Positions 44,720-54,640 of a stretch of 64,000 bases of DNA are shown here, one piece after another. Below the pieces are notes generated by a model. The model was not told where the DNA came from. It saw only the letters and a program-made list of their open reading frames with translations, and did not search any database. How positions within the stretch are numbered: the first letter of the stretch is position 1; each line of letters starts with the position of its first letter. This stretch comes from Corallococcus sp. bb12-1 (GTDB taxonomy: Bacteria; Myxococcota; Myxococcia; Myxococcales; Myxococcaceae): contig NZ_JAPNJZ010000012.1 in assembly GCF_026626765.1 (NCBI RefSeq), forward strand, positions 141,012-205,011, written 5' to 3'. Position numbers and translations under genes: made by a program.

Positions 44720-47407
44720 ATGAACCGTCTCCTCCTGCTGCTCGCTGTCGCGGTGACCGTCCGCTGTGCCCATGCGCCGGAGGCCGCGCCGCCCCCCGCC
44801 GCCGCGCCCGTCGCCGTCGCGTGGCCGGAGCCCCAGCCCCCCACGCTGCGTCTGCCGGACACGGTGCGACCCCTGCGCTACGCATTGGACCTGAAGCTGC
44901 TGCCCACGGAGGCCACCTATCCGGGCAGTGTCGCCATCGACGTGGAGGTGCTCAAGCCGGTGCGTCAGGTGTGGCTGCATGGCCAGGATTTGGAGGTGTC
45001 TCGCGCGAGGGTGACGGTGGGAGGCCGCACCTTCGACGCGAAGCCCGTCTCCGAAAGTGAGGGGCGCCTGGGATTGCTGTTGCCGGAGGAGTTGCCCAGG
45101 GGCACGGCGACGCTCACCCTGGACTTCACCGGCAAGGTGGACCGCGAGCGCAGCCAGGGCGTCTATGGGCAGGCGGAGGGGGGTGAGTCCTATCTCTACA
45201 CGTTCTTCGAGCCCATCGACGCGCGGCGTGCGTTTCCGTGCTTCGACGAGCCGACCTTCAAGGTGCCCTGGACGCTGCGCCTGACGGTGAAGGCGGGGCA
45301 CGTGGCCCTGGCCAACCATCCCGTCGTGTCGCGCGAGCCCGTGGCGGACGGACTGGAGCGCGTCACGTTCGCTCAGAGCCGGCCCATGCCCAGCTATCTG
45401 GTGGCCTTCATCGTGGGGCCGTTCGACGTGGTGGAGGCGGGCACGGTGGGGCGCGCGAACGTGCCCCTGCGCTTCATTGTTCCGAAGGGCCGGGGCGGCG
45501 AGACGCGCTACGCCGCGAGCGTCACGCCGCGCATCGTGAAGGGGCTGGAGGACTTCTTCGACCAGACGTACCCGTACGAGAAACTGGATGTGGCGGTGGT
45601 GCCCCGCTACTGGGGCACGATGGAGCACCCGGGGCTCGTGGCGCTCGGGCAACCGCTGACACTGATTCCTCCTGGTGAGGAGACGCTGAATCGGCGCCGC
45701 TCCTACGCGGTCATCGCCAATCACGAACTGGGGCACTACTGGTTCAGCGCTGTCGTCACCAACGCATGGTGGAACGACATCTGGCTGAATGAGTCTTTCA
45801 CCGCCTGGTTGGATCGGCAGACGGTGGACCGGCTGGAGCCGTCCTGGAGCTACCAGCAGGAGCGGGCCATGTCCGCGACGGAGTCGGCGTTGGCGTCGGA
45901 TGCACTGGAGGCCGCGCTGCCGGTGCGCAAGCCGGTGGTGAGCAACGACGACATCGTGGGTTCGTTCGACAATGCCACGACGTATGACAAGGGTTCCTCC
46001 GTCATCGCCATGTACGAGGCGTGGCTGGGCGCGGAGCGGTTCCGCGACGTGATGCGTGGCTATGTCCGCAAGCACGCGTGGGGCGTGACGACGACGGAGG
46101 ACTTCCTGGCGGAGGTGTCCCTGGCGGCGGGGCCGGAGGTGGCGAGTTCCTTTGGTGGCTTCATCGAGAAGGGCGGCGCACCGAGGGTGTCCGCGCAGGT
46201 GACGTGTCCGGCGGGCGGCGCGCCGACGGTGAAGCTGTCGCAGGAGCGGTATCTGCCCGTGGGCTCGCGGGCGAGCACGCAGCAGGAATGGCTGGTGCCG
46301 GTCTGTCTGAAGGCGGGGACGGGGACGCAGTCGGCCCGGGTGTGTTCGATGCTGAAGGGCCCCACGATGGAGGTGGCGCTGCCCACGGAGCAGTGCCCGG
46401 CGTGGGTCCTGCTCAACGCGGGCGGCACGGGCTACTACCGTGGCGGCTACACGCGCGAACAGCTCACGAAGCTGCTGGCGACCCCGGTCTCCGCGTTCAC
46501 GACGGGCGAGCAGGCGGCCCTCTGGGCGGACGTGGACGCGGCGGTGGGGCGCGGGGACCTGCCGCTCGGGGAGGCACTGAAGGCCGTGCCGGCCACGGCG
46601 CGCTCGCCGGAGCGACTCGTGGTGCAGAGCGGGGCATCGCTGCTCTGGCAGGTGCGGATGGACCGCCTTTCCGTGGAGGAGCGGAAGCGCTTTCGGGCCT
46701 GGGTGGCGTCGCTCTATGGGCCGCATGCACGGGCCCTGGGGTGGGTGTCGAGGGCCGGGGATGACGACGCGGTGAAGCAGACGCGTTCGCTGTTCCTGCA
46801 CCTGGCGGGAGGACTGGGCGACGACCCGGCGCTGGTGAAGGAAGCCGCGCCCCTGGTGCGCGCGTGGCTCGCGGACCGCGAGTCCGTGGATCCAGAGGCG
46901 CTGAGCAGTGCGCTGCCCCGGGCGGCGGCGCATGGGGATGCGGACCTGTTCGACGCGTTGTTGGCGGCCGCGAAGAAGGAGCAGGACCGGAACGAGCGCG
47001 TCCGGCTTTTGACGGCGCTGAGCTACTTCCGGAAGCCGGAGCTGACGCGGCGGGCGCTGGCCCTGGTGGTGGGGTCGGACTTCGACACGCGGGATGCCCT
47101 GGGCATCCTGAAGATGTCGCTGAACATGCCGGAGACGCAGCCGCTGGCCTGGGAGTTCTACCGCGCGCGGTTCGACGTGCTCGCCCAGCGGCTGCGCTCG
47201 GATGAGCAGGGCGGGCTCATCAACCAGGTGGGCAATCTCTGTGAGGAGACCCAGCTCGCGGAGGCGGAGACCTTCCTCACGCCCCGGGTGAAGCGCGTGG
47301 AGGGCGGACCGCGCGCGCTGGCCCGGGCGGTGGAGTCCATCCGCCTGTGCATCGAATCCGCGAAGCTCCAGCAGCAGAGCGTCCGGGACTTCCTCCGCAC
47401 CCGGTGA
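44720..47407 (+). CDS. pepN: Aminopeptidase N (M1 family), secreted
   Basis: Start at MNRLLLLLAVAVTV (signal peptide). GxMEN-type motif WGTMEHPG. Zinc motif HELGHYWFS...NESFTAW. Confidence 0.9.
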   Translation: MNRLLLLLAVAVTVRCAHAPEAAPPPAAAPVAVAWPEPQPPTLRLPDTVRPLRYALDLKLLPTEATYPGSVAIDVEVLKPVRQVWLHGQDLEVSRARVTVGGRTFDAKPVSESEGRLGLLLPEELPRGTATLTLDFTGKVDRERSQGVYGQAEGGESYLYTFFEPIDARRAFPCFDEPTFKVPWTLRLTVKAGHVALANHPVVSREPVADGLERVTFAQSRPMPSYLVAFIVGPFDVVEAGTVGRANVPLRFIVPKGRGGETRYAASVTPRIVKGLEDFFDQTYPYEKLDVAVVPRYWGTMEHPGLVALGQPLTLIPPGEETLNRRRSYAVIANHELGHYWFSAVVTNAWWNDIWLNESFTAWLDRQTVDRLEPSWSYQQERAMSATESALASDALEAALPVRKPVVSNDDIVGSFDNATTYDKGSSVIAMYEAWLGAERFRDVMRGYVRKHAWGVTTTEDFLAEVSLAAGPEVASSFGGFIEKGGAPRVSAQVTCPAGGAPTVKLSQERYLPVGSRASTQQEWLVPVCLKAGTGTQSARVCSMLKGPTMEVALPTEQCPAWVLLNAGGTGYYRGGYTREQLTKLLATPVSAFTTGEQAALWADVDAAVGRGDLPLGEALKAVPATARSPERLVVQSGASLLWQVRMDRLSVEERKRFRAWVASLYGPHARALGWVSRAGDDDAVKQTRSLFLHLAGGLGDDPALVKEAAPLVRAWLADRESVDPEALSSALPRAAAHGDADLFDALLAAAKKEQDRNERVRLLTALSYFRKPELTRRALALVVGSDFDTRDALGILKMSLNMPETQPLAWEFYRARFDVLAQRLRSDEQGGLINQVGNLCEETQLAEAETFLTPRVKRVEGGPRALARAVESIRLCIESAKLQQQSVRDFLRTR

Positions 47408-47417
47408 GGCACGTGTA

Positions 47418-47852
47418 TCAGGGGCCGTAGGGGCACAGCTTCAGCATCTCCGCGATGGGCGGACGGCAGAGCTGTACGAGCTGTGCCTCATCCAGGAACG
47501 AGGACGTCCGCGCCTTGAGGAAGCACGACGCGGGATCATCCGATGCCGTGGAGTACTGACAGAGCTGGAGCGCCTGCGGGTCCGACAGGAAGCCTCCGGC
47601 CTGGACGCGGCGGAAACACCGGGCCGGGGCGTCGGAGCTGGCGCCCTGGCAGAGCTGGGCCGCGAGGGTTTCGCTCACGGCGCCTCCCCCAGCGCGGGTC
47701 GCCTCGAAGCAGGAGAACTGCGGCGACCCTTCGGAATCTTCGGGCGGGTCCGCTATCTGTCCCAACGCCGGAAACCCAAGCAACAGGGCAGCCAGCCCCA
47801 GGGCTCCTGTTCCATGCACCGCGAGCCGTGCGTTCCAGACCCCATCCTTCAT
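47418..47852 (-). CDS. Secreted Cys-containing repeat protein
   Basis: Start at MKDGVWNARLAVHGTGALGLAALLLGFPA (signal peptide). About three ~28-aa repeats of the form CF...(A/L)QLCQ/R. Confidence 0.5.
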   Translation of the reverse strand: MKDGVWNARLAVHGTGALGLAALLLGFPALGQIADPPEDSEGSPQFSCFEATRAGGGAVSETLAAQLCQGASSDAPARCFRRVQAGGFLSDPQALQLCQYSTASDDPASCFLKARTSSFLDEAQLVQLCRPPIAEMLKLCPYGP

Positions 47853-47968
47853 CGTGCACCTCCGGAAGAAGGTGGGGGAGTCATTGCCCGCATGCGACGG
47901 GGGGAGACGCCACACATGGGGCTGTCCGAACGGAAGGCCTTTCAGAGACCTGCCGTCGCCCCTCCGAC

Positions 47969-48313
47969 TCAGCCGTGCACGGAGCGACTGTCGGCGGGCA
48001 CGGCTGCTCGGTCCTTCATTCCGTAGTCCCTCACGACCTGGGCCACGCGCAGGCGGTAGTCCCGGAACACATATTCCCTTGCTTCGCTCTGGGCTTCGCG
48101 GTGGGCTTCCAGACGTCGCCATTCCGCCACCGAGCCCTCGTCGCGCCAGTAGGACAGCGACAGCAACTTGCCCGGTTCGGTGAGGCTCTGGAATCGCTCG
48201 ATGGAGATGAAGCCATCAATGCCCGACAACAAGGGCCGCAGCTCCGCGGCGAGCTCCAGATACCGCTGGCGGTGGTCTTCGTGGGCCTGGACTTCGAAGA
48301 TGACGGCAATCAT
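47969..48313 (-). CDS. Antibiotic-biosynthesis-monooxygenase (ABM) domain protein
   Basis: Start at MIAVIFEVQAHEDHRQRYLELAAEL. Ferredoxin-like ABM fold, 114 aa. Its start overlaps the P450 stop (TCATGA). Confidence 0.7.
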   Translation of the reverse strand: MIAVIFEVQAHEDHRQRYLELAAELRPLLSGIDGFISIERFQSLTEPGKLLSLSYWRDEGSVAEWRRLEAHREAQSEAREYVFRDYRLRVAQVVRDYGMKDRAAVPADSRSVHG

Positions 48314-49455
48314 GACAGACCTCCCAGGATGCGAGCGTTGGTGGACGCGCGCCAGGTAACCCACTGCGACAGCGGGGTAAGCTCCAGGCCGCTTGCGAGC
48401 ACGCGCTCCACCGCCGCGGACGCCATCGTCACCGCGAGCGCCTGTCCCGGACAGGCATGGGCCCCCACGCCGAAGGTGAAGGTCCGGCGAGCCGAGCGGC
48501 GTGGGAGGAAGGTGTCGGGCTGGGGATTCACGCGGGGATCGCGGTTCGCGGCGGCGAGGACGACGACCACTGTTGAGCCCGCTTCCAATGTCTGACCCGC
48601 GACCGTCGCGCGCGCATGGAGGAAGCGTCGGGTGTTCTGGATGGGGGAGCCGTGACGGGCCGCTTCGCGGACGACATCTTCGAGGGCGCACTCGCCTCGG
48701 GAAAGCTGCTCCCGCAGGCCGGGCATCCGCGCGAACGCCATCAGTGAGGCCCCCACGAGGCCCGCGGTGGCTTCATACGCCTGGGTGAGCAGGCCCACCG
48801 CGTTGGGAATCAGCGCTTCGACGGGCGCTCCCTCGTGCTGCATCCGCGCGGCGAAGGCGCTCAACGCCAGGGGGATGCGAGGCCCTGCTCGAAGGCTCGT
48901 GGCCACATGTTCAACGAGCCGTGCGGCGGCCATGGCTCCCATGTCGCTCTCCGCGGGATGGGCGACCGAACGGACATAGGCCTCCACGTCCCGTGCGCTC
49001 TCCTCCAGTGACTCCTCCGGGAATCCGAGCAGGGTGCCGAGCACGAACACGGGGAATTGGAGCGCCAGCCCCGGCAGGCGTGACAGCGGGGGCTCGGAGA
49101 ATAGCCGCACGGCCTGGCGGTGGCCTTCCGCTTCCACCGCCTGCATCACCGTGGGAAGCGCATCAGCCAGGGCCTGCTTCACGAAAGGGTAGGGCGCGGC
49201 GTCGTTCATCCGCACGAGTCGCCCGAAGAGCGCGCCAGCGGCGGTGTCCACGAGGTGCGCGGGAACGGGATCCGCCGCGGGCCGCACCCGACAGTGCTCG
49301 CTCGTGAGCACGGCCTGCACCGTGGCTGCATCCGCCGCGATCCATGGCTCGAAGCCTTCGACGCGTTGCAGCCCGCCCCGGGCACACAGGCCCGCGTAGT
49401 ACGGGGTGGGGTCGGGATGGGTGACGGCCTGATAGGGGTCGGTGGGCGGTATCAT
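48310..49455 (-). CDS. Cytochrome P450
   Basis: Heme-binding loop FTFGVGAHACPGQALA. EXXR motif (EAARH). I-helix region. Confidence 0.9.
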   Translation of the reverse strand: MIPPTDPYQAVTHPDPTPYYAGLCARGGLQRVEGFEPWIAADAATVQAVLTSEHCRVRPAADPVPAHLVDTAAGALFGRLVRMNDAAPYPFVKQALADALPTVMQAVEAEGHRQAVRLFSEPPLSRLPGLALQFPVFVLGTLLGFPEESLEESARDVEAYVRSVAHPAESDMGAMAAARLVEHVATSLRAGPRIPLALSAFAARMQHEGAPVEALIPNAVGLLTQAYEATAGLVGASLMAFARMPGLREQLSRGECALEDVVREAARHGSPIQNTRRFLHARATVAGQTLEAGSTVVVVLAAANRDPRVNPQPDTFLPRRSARRTFTFGVGAHACPGQALAVTMASAAVERVLASGLELTPLSQWVTWRASTNARILGGLS

Positions 49456-49517
49456 TGTTCCTCGCTTGGGACACTCTGCTCCCGCTGCCCCCTCCCTGTG
49501 CTAGGAAATGGTTCGTC

Positions 49518-50201
49518 ATGGAGCGAACGATGGATGCAGGGCCGGACCTTGCCGCGCTGGCGGGTGCCGTGGGGGATGCCACGCGGATCCGGATGCTGGA
49601 GTTGCTCATGGAGGGGCGGTCGCTCGTCGCCAAGGAGCTGGCCTTCGGCACCGGCGTCAGCCCCGCGACGGCCACCGCGCACCTCAAGCGGTTGGAGCAG
49701 GCCCAGTTGATCCGCTCGACCCGCCAGGGACGCAACAAGGTGTTCCGGCTCGCCACGCCCACCGTGGCGCGGATGGTGGAAGCGCTGATGACGGTGGCGG
49801 TCCGGGGACCCCGTGTCTCGGCCGCGCCGGAGCCCCTCCGGGCCGCTCGCTACTGCTACGACCACCTGGCGGGAAGGCTCGGGATGGGCATCACCGATGC
49901 GCTCCTGCGCGGCGGGCACCTGTCGTTGCGGCGCCGTGCCTTCGCGCTGACGCCGAGCGGCGAGGAGTGGTTCGAGGCGTTCGGAATCGAGCTGGCCCCC
50001 TTGCGAGACCAGCGCCGCCAGTTCGCGCACCGCTGCCTGGACTGGAGCGAGCGGCGCGACCACCTGGCCGGGGCGCTGGGGGCGGCGCTCGCCTCACGGG
50101 TGTTCTCGTTGGGCTGGGTCGAACGTCAACCCGATTCGCGCGGACTCGTCGTCACGCCCTCGGGTCAGCGCGGGCTGAAGCGTCTCTTCGGCGCGCTGTG
50201 A
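49518..50201 (+). CDS. ArsR/SmtB-family winged-helix transcriptional regulator with a C-terminal extension
   Basis: Start at MERTMDAG. ATRIRMLELLMEGRSLVAKELAFGTGVSPATATAHLKRLEQAQLI is an ArsR-type helix-turn-helix. Divergent from the P450 operon. Confidence 0.7.
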   Translation: MERTMDAGPDLAALAGAVGDATRIRMLELLMEGRSLVAKELAFGTGVSPATATAHLKRLEQAQLIRSTRQGRNKVFRLATPTVARMVEALMTVAVRGPRVSAAPEPLRAARYCYDHLAGRLGMGITDALLRGGHLSLRRRAFALTPSGEEWFEAFGIELAPLRDQRRQFAHRCLDWSERRDHLAGALGAALASRVFSLGWVERQPDSRGLVVTPSGQRGLKRLFGAL

Positions 50202-50225
50202 GCGGACACCTTCGTGCGCATGGGG

Positions 50226-51002
50226 CTAGAGCTTCACGCCCACGGTGGTGCGAAGCTGGGTGTCCATCGCCGGCACCGTCGCGGGCGGTGCGCTGTCGTA
50301 GGTGAGGTTGAAGCCGATGCCCACCGTGATGCGGGGGTTGGGCGTCACCGCGAACAGGGTCTCGTTGAGCACGCGCAGGTCGGAGGGGCGGGTGACGCGC
50401 GGCTGGAAGTACACCGTCTCCACGAGCTGGATGTTCTCCATCAGCTTCACCCGGCCCAGCAGGTAGCTGGACATGCGCGGGTCCGTGTAGCGGTCTCCCG
50501 CGTCCGCCTCACCGTCCTTGCGCAGCCGCTCGTGCTCCACCATCAGCGCGATGCCGAAGGTGAGCCCCGTGGCCTCCTCGTTGAACAGCACGAAGCGCGG
50601 CCCTGCCCCCAGCAGGGCCCGCAATTGGAGCCGGCGGAACTCGTTGTATTCGTGCTGGACGAAGGCTTCGCCGGACACGCGGTCGGTGAAACGGCGGCGG
50701 TAGCGCACGTGCTCCAGCACCTGGCTCACGATGCGCTCGCCACTGGCGAACGAGTACTCGCCGCGGATGACGCCCAGCCAGACGTTGCGCTCGGAGCGCA
50801 GCTGCCCCACCAGCGAGCCGCGCACGGAGAACAGCTGCGTGCTGCCCGTGCGCCAGTCGCCCCCCAGCTCGATCGCCGCCGCCGGTCCCAGCTCCGCCTT
50901 GTCATCGAAGAGCGCCTGGACGTTGACGATCTGCGCCGACGCGCTGCCCGCCTGGAGCAGCAGCACCAGCACCACCCACCCACCTGACTTCGAAAGATTC
51001 AT
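50226..51002 (-). CDS. DUF481-family outer-membrane beta-barrel protein
   Basis: Signal peptide. Alternating-hydrophobic beta-strand pattern. C-terminal aromatic-x-aromatic-like end (VGVKL). Confidence 0.7.
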   Translation of the reverse strand: MNLSKSGGWVVLVLLLQAGSASAQIVNVQALFDDKAELGPAAAIELGGDWRTGSTQLFSVRGSLVGQLRSERNVWLGVIRGEYSFASGERIVSQVLEHVRYRRRFTDRVSGEAFVQHEYNEFRRLQLRALLGAGPRFVLFNEEATGLTFGIALMVEHERLRKDGEADAGDRYTDPRMSSYLLGRVKLMENIQLVETVYFQPRVTRPSDLRVLNETLFAVTPNPRITVGIGFNLTYDSAPPATVPAMDTQLRTTVGVKL

Positions 51003-51259
51003 GTCCCCCTGCTGTGCCTGTTCGGAAGCGTTCGTTCAACCCCGTTGTGAGGGGGCGCGCGGGGGGCTCCAGTGCTGGACGGTGGCGGGGCAGGGCAACG
51101 CCCGGCCGTGTTTCCACCGGAGCAGTGGGCCTGCGGCCGCCTCTTGATGAGGCCCGGGCGCGCCGTCAGCTTCCACTTGGGATGATCCCCATCCCGATTC
51201 GAATCGAGGGTGCTGCCTGACGGGCCAGCCGCCAGCCGGGCCGCCTCCGGGAGGACATC

Positions 51260-51916
51260 ATGGCAACCGACAACACGAAGGCTGGGGGACCTGGGGCCCC
51301 GTCCACCGCACCGGCCGTGAGGAAGGGCTCGGAGTCGCCCAGGTCGTTCGACGCTCCCGAGGACACCGTCGGCGCTTCGGCCCGGGGCTCGGGGATTTCG
51401 CGCCGTGAGTCCCAGGCGCCCGCCGTTTCCAGAGGGAGCGCCGCCCAGGGGTCGTTCGGTCTCTTCCGCAGGATGATGGAGGACATGGAGCAGCTCTTCG
51501 CGGACTACGGCCTGGGACGCAGCCTCCGCAGTGGCGGGGATGTCGAGTTCGGTCCCTGGTCGCCCCGGGTGGACATCTTGGAGCGGGACGGCAACCTCCT
51601 GGTGCGGGCCGACCTGCCGGGAATGAAGCAGGACGACATCCGCGTCGAGGTGCTGGATGACCTGCTCATCCTCGAAGGCGAACGCAGCTTCGAGCAGGAG
51701 GAGGAGCAGGGCGACATCTGGCGCATGGAGCGTGGCTTCGGCTCGTTCCTGCGAACCCTGCCGCTCCCGGAAGGCATCGACGCGGACACCGTCCAGGCCC
51801 GGTTCGAGAACGGCGTCCTGGAGGTCTCCATGAAGCTGCCGCAAATCCGGGCGCAGGGCCGGCGCATCGAGGTGAAGGGGAGCTCCAGGGGCACACCGAA
51901 GAAGCCCATCCATTGA
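51260..51916 (+). CDS. Hsp20/alpha-crystallin-family small heat-shock protein with an N-terminal disordered extension
   Basis: Alpha-crystallin domain (PRVDILERDGNLLVRADLPGMKQDDIRVEVLDDLLILEGER...GSFLRTLPLPEGIDADTVQARFENGVLEV). Confidence 0.8.
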   Translation: MATDNTKAGGPGAPSTAPAVRKGSESPRSFDAPEDTVGASARGSGISRRESQAPAVSRGSAAQGSFGLFRRMMEDMEQLFADYGLGRSLRSGGDVEFGPWSPRVDILERDGNLLVRADLPGMKQDDIRVEVLDDLLILEGERSFEQEEEQGDIWRMERGFGSFLRTLPLPEGIDADTVQARFENGVLEVSMKLPQIRAQGRRIEVKGSSRGTPKKPIH

Positions 51917-52017
51917 GGGGCCACTCTCCTCAAAGGCAGACTCCCGCGCTTGACGGGGGCTGGAGGGCGGAGCATGCCTGCGTCCTTCAGTCCCCCTTCC
52001 TCCGCCGGGAGTCCTCC

Positions 52018-52908
52018 ATGCAGGTGCAGATCATCGACGCGTTCACCCGGACCCCCGGCGTGGGCAATCGTGCTGGCGTGATGCTCGACGCGGCGTCGCT
52101 CGATGCGTCCACGATGCAGCGGATCGCCGCGGTGGTGAGCGCTTCGGAGACGGCCTTCGTCCTGTCCCGGCCGGAGGACCCCACGGTGCGTCTGCGCTAC
52201 TTCACGCCCGTGGATGAGATTCCCTTCTGTGGCCACGCCACCGTCGCCACCTTCCACCTGCTCGCGGAGAGGGGGCTCTTGCGAAGCCCGGGTGTGTATC
52301 GCCTGGAGTGCCCCGCCGGCACGTTCGACATCGAGCTGGAGCCCCGGGGGACGCAGGGGACCCGGGTGTGGATCGTCACGCCCCAGCCGGCGGCGCAGGT
52401 GAGCCCTGTGACGCTGGAGGCGCTGATGCCCACGCTGGGCGGCAGGGTGGAGCAGGTGGAGCCGGCGTTGCCGGTGATCCGCCAGGGACACCGCCTGATG
52501 GTGCCCTTGAAGCGGCGGGAGGACCTGGAGTCATTGACGCCGCGAGGCGCGGTGATGAATGCCCTGCTGATGCCGCACGGCGTGCGGGGCGTGTACCTCT
52601 TCACGTTGGACGCGAAGGAGCAGGGCAGCGTCGCGCAGGCGCGCTACTTCGTCCCGGGCTTCGGCATCCTGGAGGATCCGGTGACGGGCTCCGCCGCGGG
52701 CCCGTTGGCGGCCTACCTCGTCGAGCACGGCGCCCTGCGCCTGCCGGAGCAGGGTGGCACGGTGTCCGGTCGCATCGAACAGGGAGACACCCTGGGCAAG
52801 CCGGGCCGCATCGACATCGAAGTCACGGGCAAGCCGGGCCGCATCGAGCGCGCCCGCGTCGGTGGTGTGGCCCTCACCGTGATGGACGCGACGATCGTCG
52901 CGCAGTGA
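52018..52908 (+). CDS. PhzF-family isomerase (phenazine-biosynthesis-like)
   Basis: Start at MQVQIIDAFT. FCGHATVATFHLL. Conserved Glu in SETAF. Two-domain DAP-epimerase-like fold. Confidence 0.85.
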   Translation: MQVQIIDAFTRTPGVGNRAGVMLDAASLDASTMQRIAAVVSASETAFVLSRPEDPTVRLRYFTPVDEIPFCGHATVATFHLLAERGLLRSPGVYRLECPAGTFDIELEPRGTQGTRVWIVTPQPAAQVSPVTLEALMPTLGGRVEQVEPALPVIRQGHRLMVPLKRREDLESLTPRGAVMNALLMPHGVRGVYLFTLDAKEQGSVAQARYFVPGFGILEDPVTGSAAGPLAAYLVEHGALRLPEQGGTVSGRIEQGDTLGKPGRIDIEVTGKPGRIERARVGGVALTVMDATIVAQ

Positions 52909-53078
52909 AGCGTCCGGCGCTTTCCATTCAACAGGCCAATCCATCCTCGACGTAGAGCGCTGGAATCATCTCAAGCCAGTTCAGGGGCTTCGAGGTCCAT
53001 CCCAGATGCTCGGAAGCAGCCCCTCCGCGTCGCGGTACGTGCTGTAGTGATGGCCCCTGACGGACAGGAGGCTTCCTG

Positions 53079-54398
53079 GTGAAATCGCTTCCCTTTCTTT
53101 CCTTGCTCTTCGCCTGCCTGGCGGTGCCCGGCGGCCCCGTGCTCGCGGCGGCGCCCCCTCCCGCTGCCATCGAGGGACTGGACGCGCTGTACCCCGAACT
53201 GGACGCGCTCTACCGCGACCTGCACCAGACGCCCGAGCTGTCACTCCAGGAGGAGAAGACGGCGGCGAAGCTGGCCGAGCGCCTTCGCAAGCTCGGCTTC
53301 GAGGTGACCCCGAAGGTGGGCGGGCACGGCGTGGTGGCCCTGCTGCGCAACGGCAAGGGGCCCACGGTGATGCTGCGCACGGACCTGGACGCGCTGCCGG
53401 TGGAGGAGAAGACGGGGCTGCCCTACGCCAGCAAGACGAAGTCGAAGGATGCGGCCGGAGCGGATGTCGCGGTGATGCACGCGTGCGGGCACGACGTGCA
53501 CATGACGTCCTGGCTTGGCACGGCCACGCTGCTGGCGCGGACGAAGGACCGGTGGCGTGGCACGCTGATGCTGGTGGGGCAGCCGGCCGAGGAGATTGGT
53601 GCGGGGGCCCGGCAGATGCTGGCGGATGGTCTGTTCAAGCGCTTCCCCAAGCCGGACTTCGCCGTGGCCCTGCACACCGTGTCCACCGCCGCCGCGGGGA
53701 CGGTGCAGTTCACCCCCGGCTATGCGCTGGCGAGCGTGGACTCGGTGGACGTCACCCTCCACGGCAAGGGCGGGCACGGCGCGTACCCGCACACCACCGT
53801 GGACCCGGTGGTGATGGCGGCGCGCACCATCCTCTCGCTGCAGACGCTCATCAGCCGGGAGAAGAGCCCGCTGGAGCCGGGGGTGATCACGGTGGGCGCC
53901 ATCCACGGTGGCACCAAGCACAACATCATCCCGGACGAGGTGCGCCTGCAGCTCACGGTGCGCACGTACAAGCCGGAGGTCCGCAAGGCGCTGCTGGCCG
54001 GCATCGAGCGCATCGCCAAAGCGGAGGCGATGGCCTCCGGAGCGCCCCGCCCCCCCGACGTCAATGTCACCGAGGGCACGCCCGCCACCTTCAATGACCC
54101 CGCGCTCACGAAGCGGCTGGTGGACGCGGTGGGCAAGGTGCTGGGCGAGAAGAACCTCAGCGAGACACCGCCTGTCATGGGCGGCGAGGACTTCTCCGAG
54201 TACGGCCGCGCGGGCGTGCCCGCGGTGATGATGTGGCTGGGCATCACCGAGCCCAAGCGCTTCGCCGAGGCCAAAGCCGCGGGGGAGACGCTCCCTTCCC
54301 CGCACTCGCCTGTCTATGCGCCGGACCGCGAGCGCACGCTGCGCACCGGCGTCACCCTGCTGACCACCGCCGCGTTGGAACTGCTCGGGAGGCCTTGA
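53079..54398 (+). CDS. M20-family amidohydrolase (HipO/Ama-like), secreted
   Basis: Signal peptide. Metal-binding HACGHDVHMT. LMLVGQPAEE. Confidence 0.85.
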   Translation: MKSLPFLSLLFACLAVPGGPVLAAAPPPAAIEGLDALYPELDALYRDLHQTPELSLQEEKTAAKLAERLRKLGFEVTPKVGGHGVVALLRNGKGPTVMLRTDLDALPVEEKTGLPYASKTKSKDAAGADVAVMHACGHDVHMTSWLGTATLLARTKDRWRGTLMLVGQPAEEIGAGARQMLADGLFKRFPKPDFAVALHTVSTAAAGTVQFTPGYALASVDSVDVTLHGKGGHGAYPHTTVDPVVMAARTILSLQTLISREKSPLEPGVITVGAIHGGTKHNIIPDEVRLQLTVRTYKPEVRKALLAGIERIAKAEAMASGAPRPPDVNVTEGTPATFNDPALTKRLVDAVGKVLGEKNLSETPPVMGGEDFSEYGRAGVPAVMMWLGITEPKRFAEAKAAGETLPSPHSPVYAPDRERTLRTGVTLLTTAALELLGRP

Positions 54399-54640
54399 GG
54401 GGAACGCCGGGTTCGGCGGCCTCTTCGTCCGCGTCTTGGTCGCGGACACGACCCTCCGGGGGCAGCAGCTCCTGGGGGGCTGTGCAGACGCATCAAGGCC
54501 CCTGGGACGCGAACGAGTCGACGACGCGGCGCATCGGGTTTGGAGCTGTGGGTCAGACGAATGCGCTATGAGACGTCGCGCGGTCCTGGCTTGAGTTTCC
54601 AGCGGACATGCCTTCCCCGCAGTCTGCGATAAGAGTCCCC

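Noticed and set aside
44663-46933. 756-aa minus-strand ORF antisense to pepN
   Set aside because: pepN has HExxH...E and GxMEN motifs on the plus strand. The antisense ORF is an artefact.
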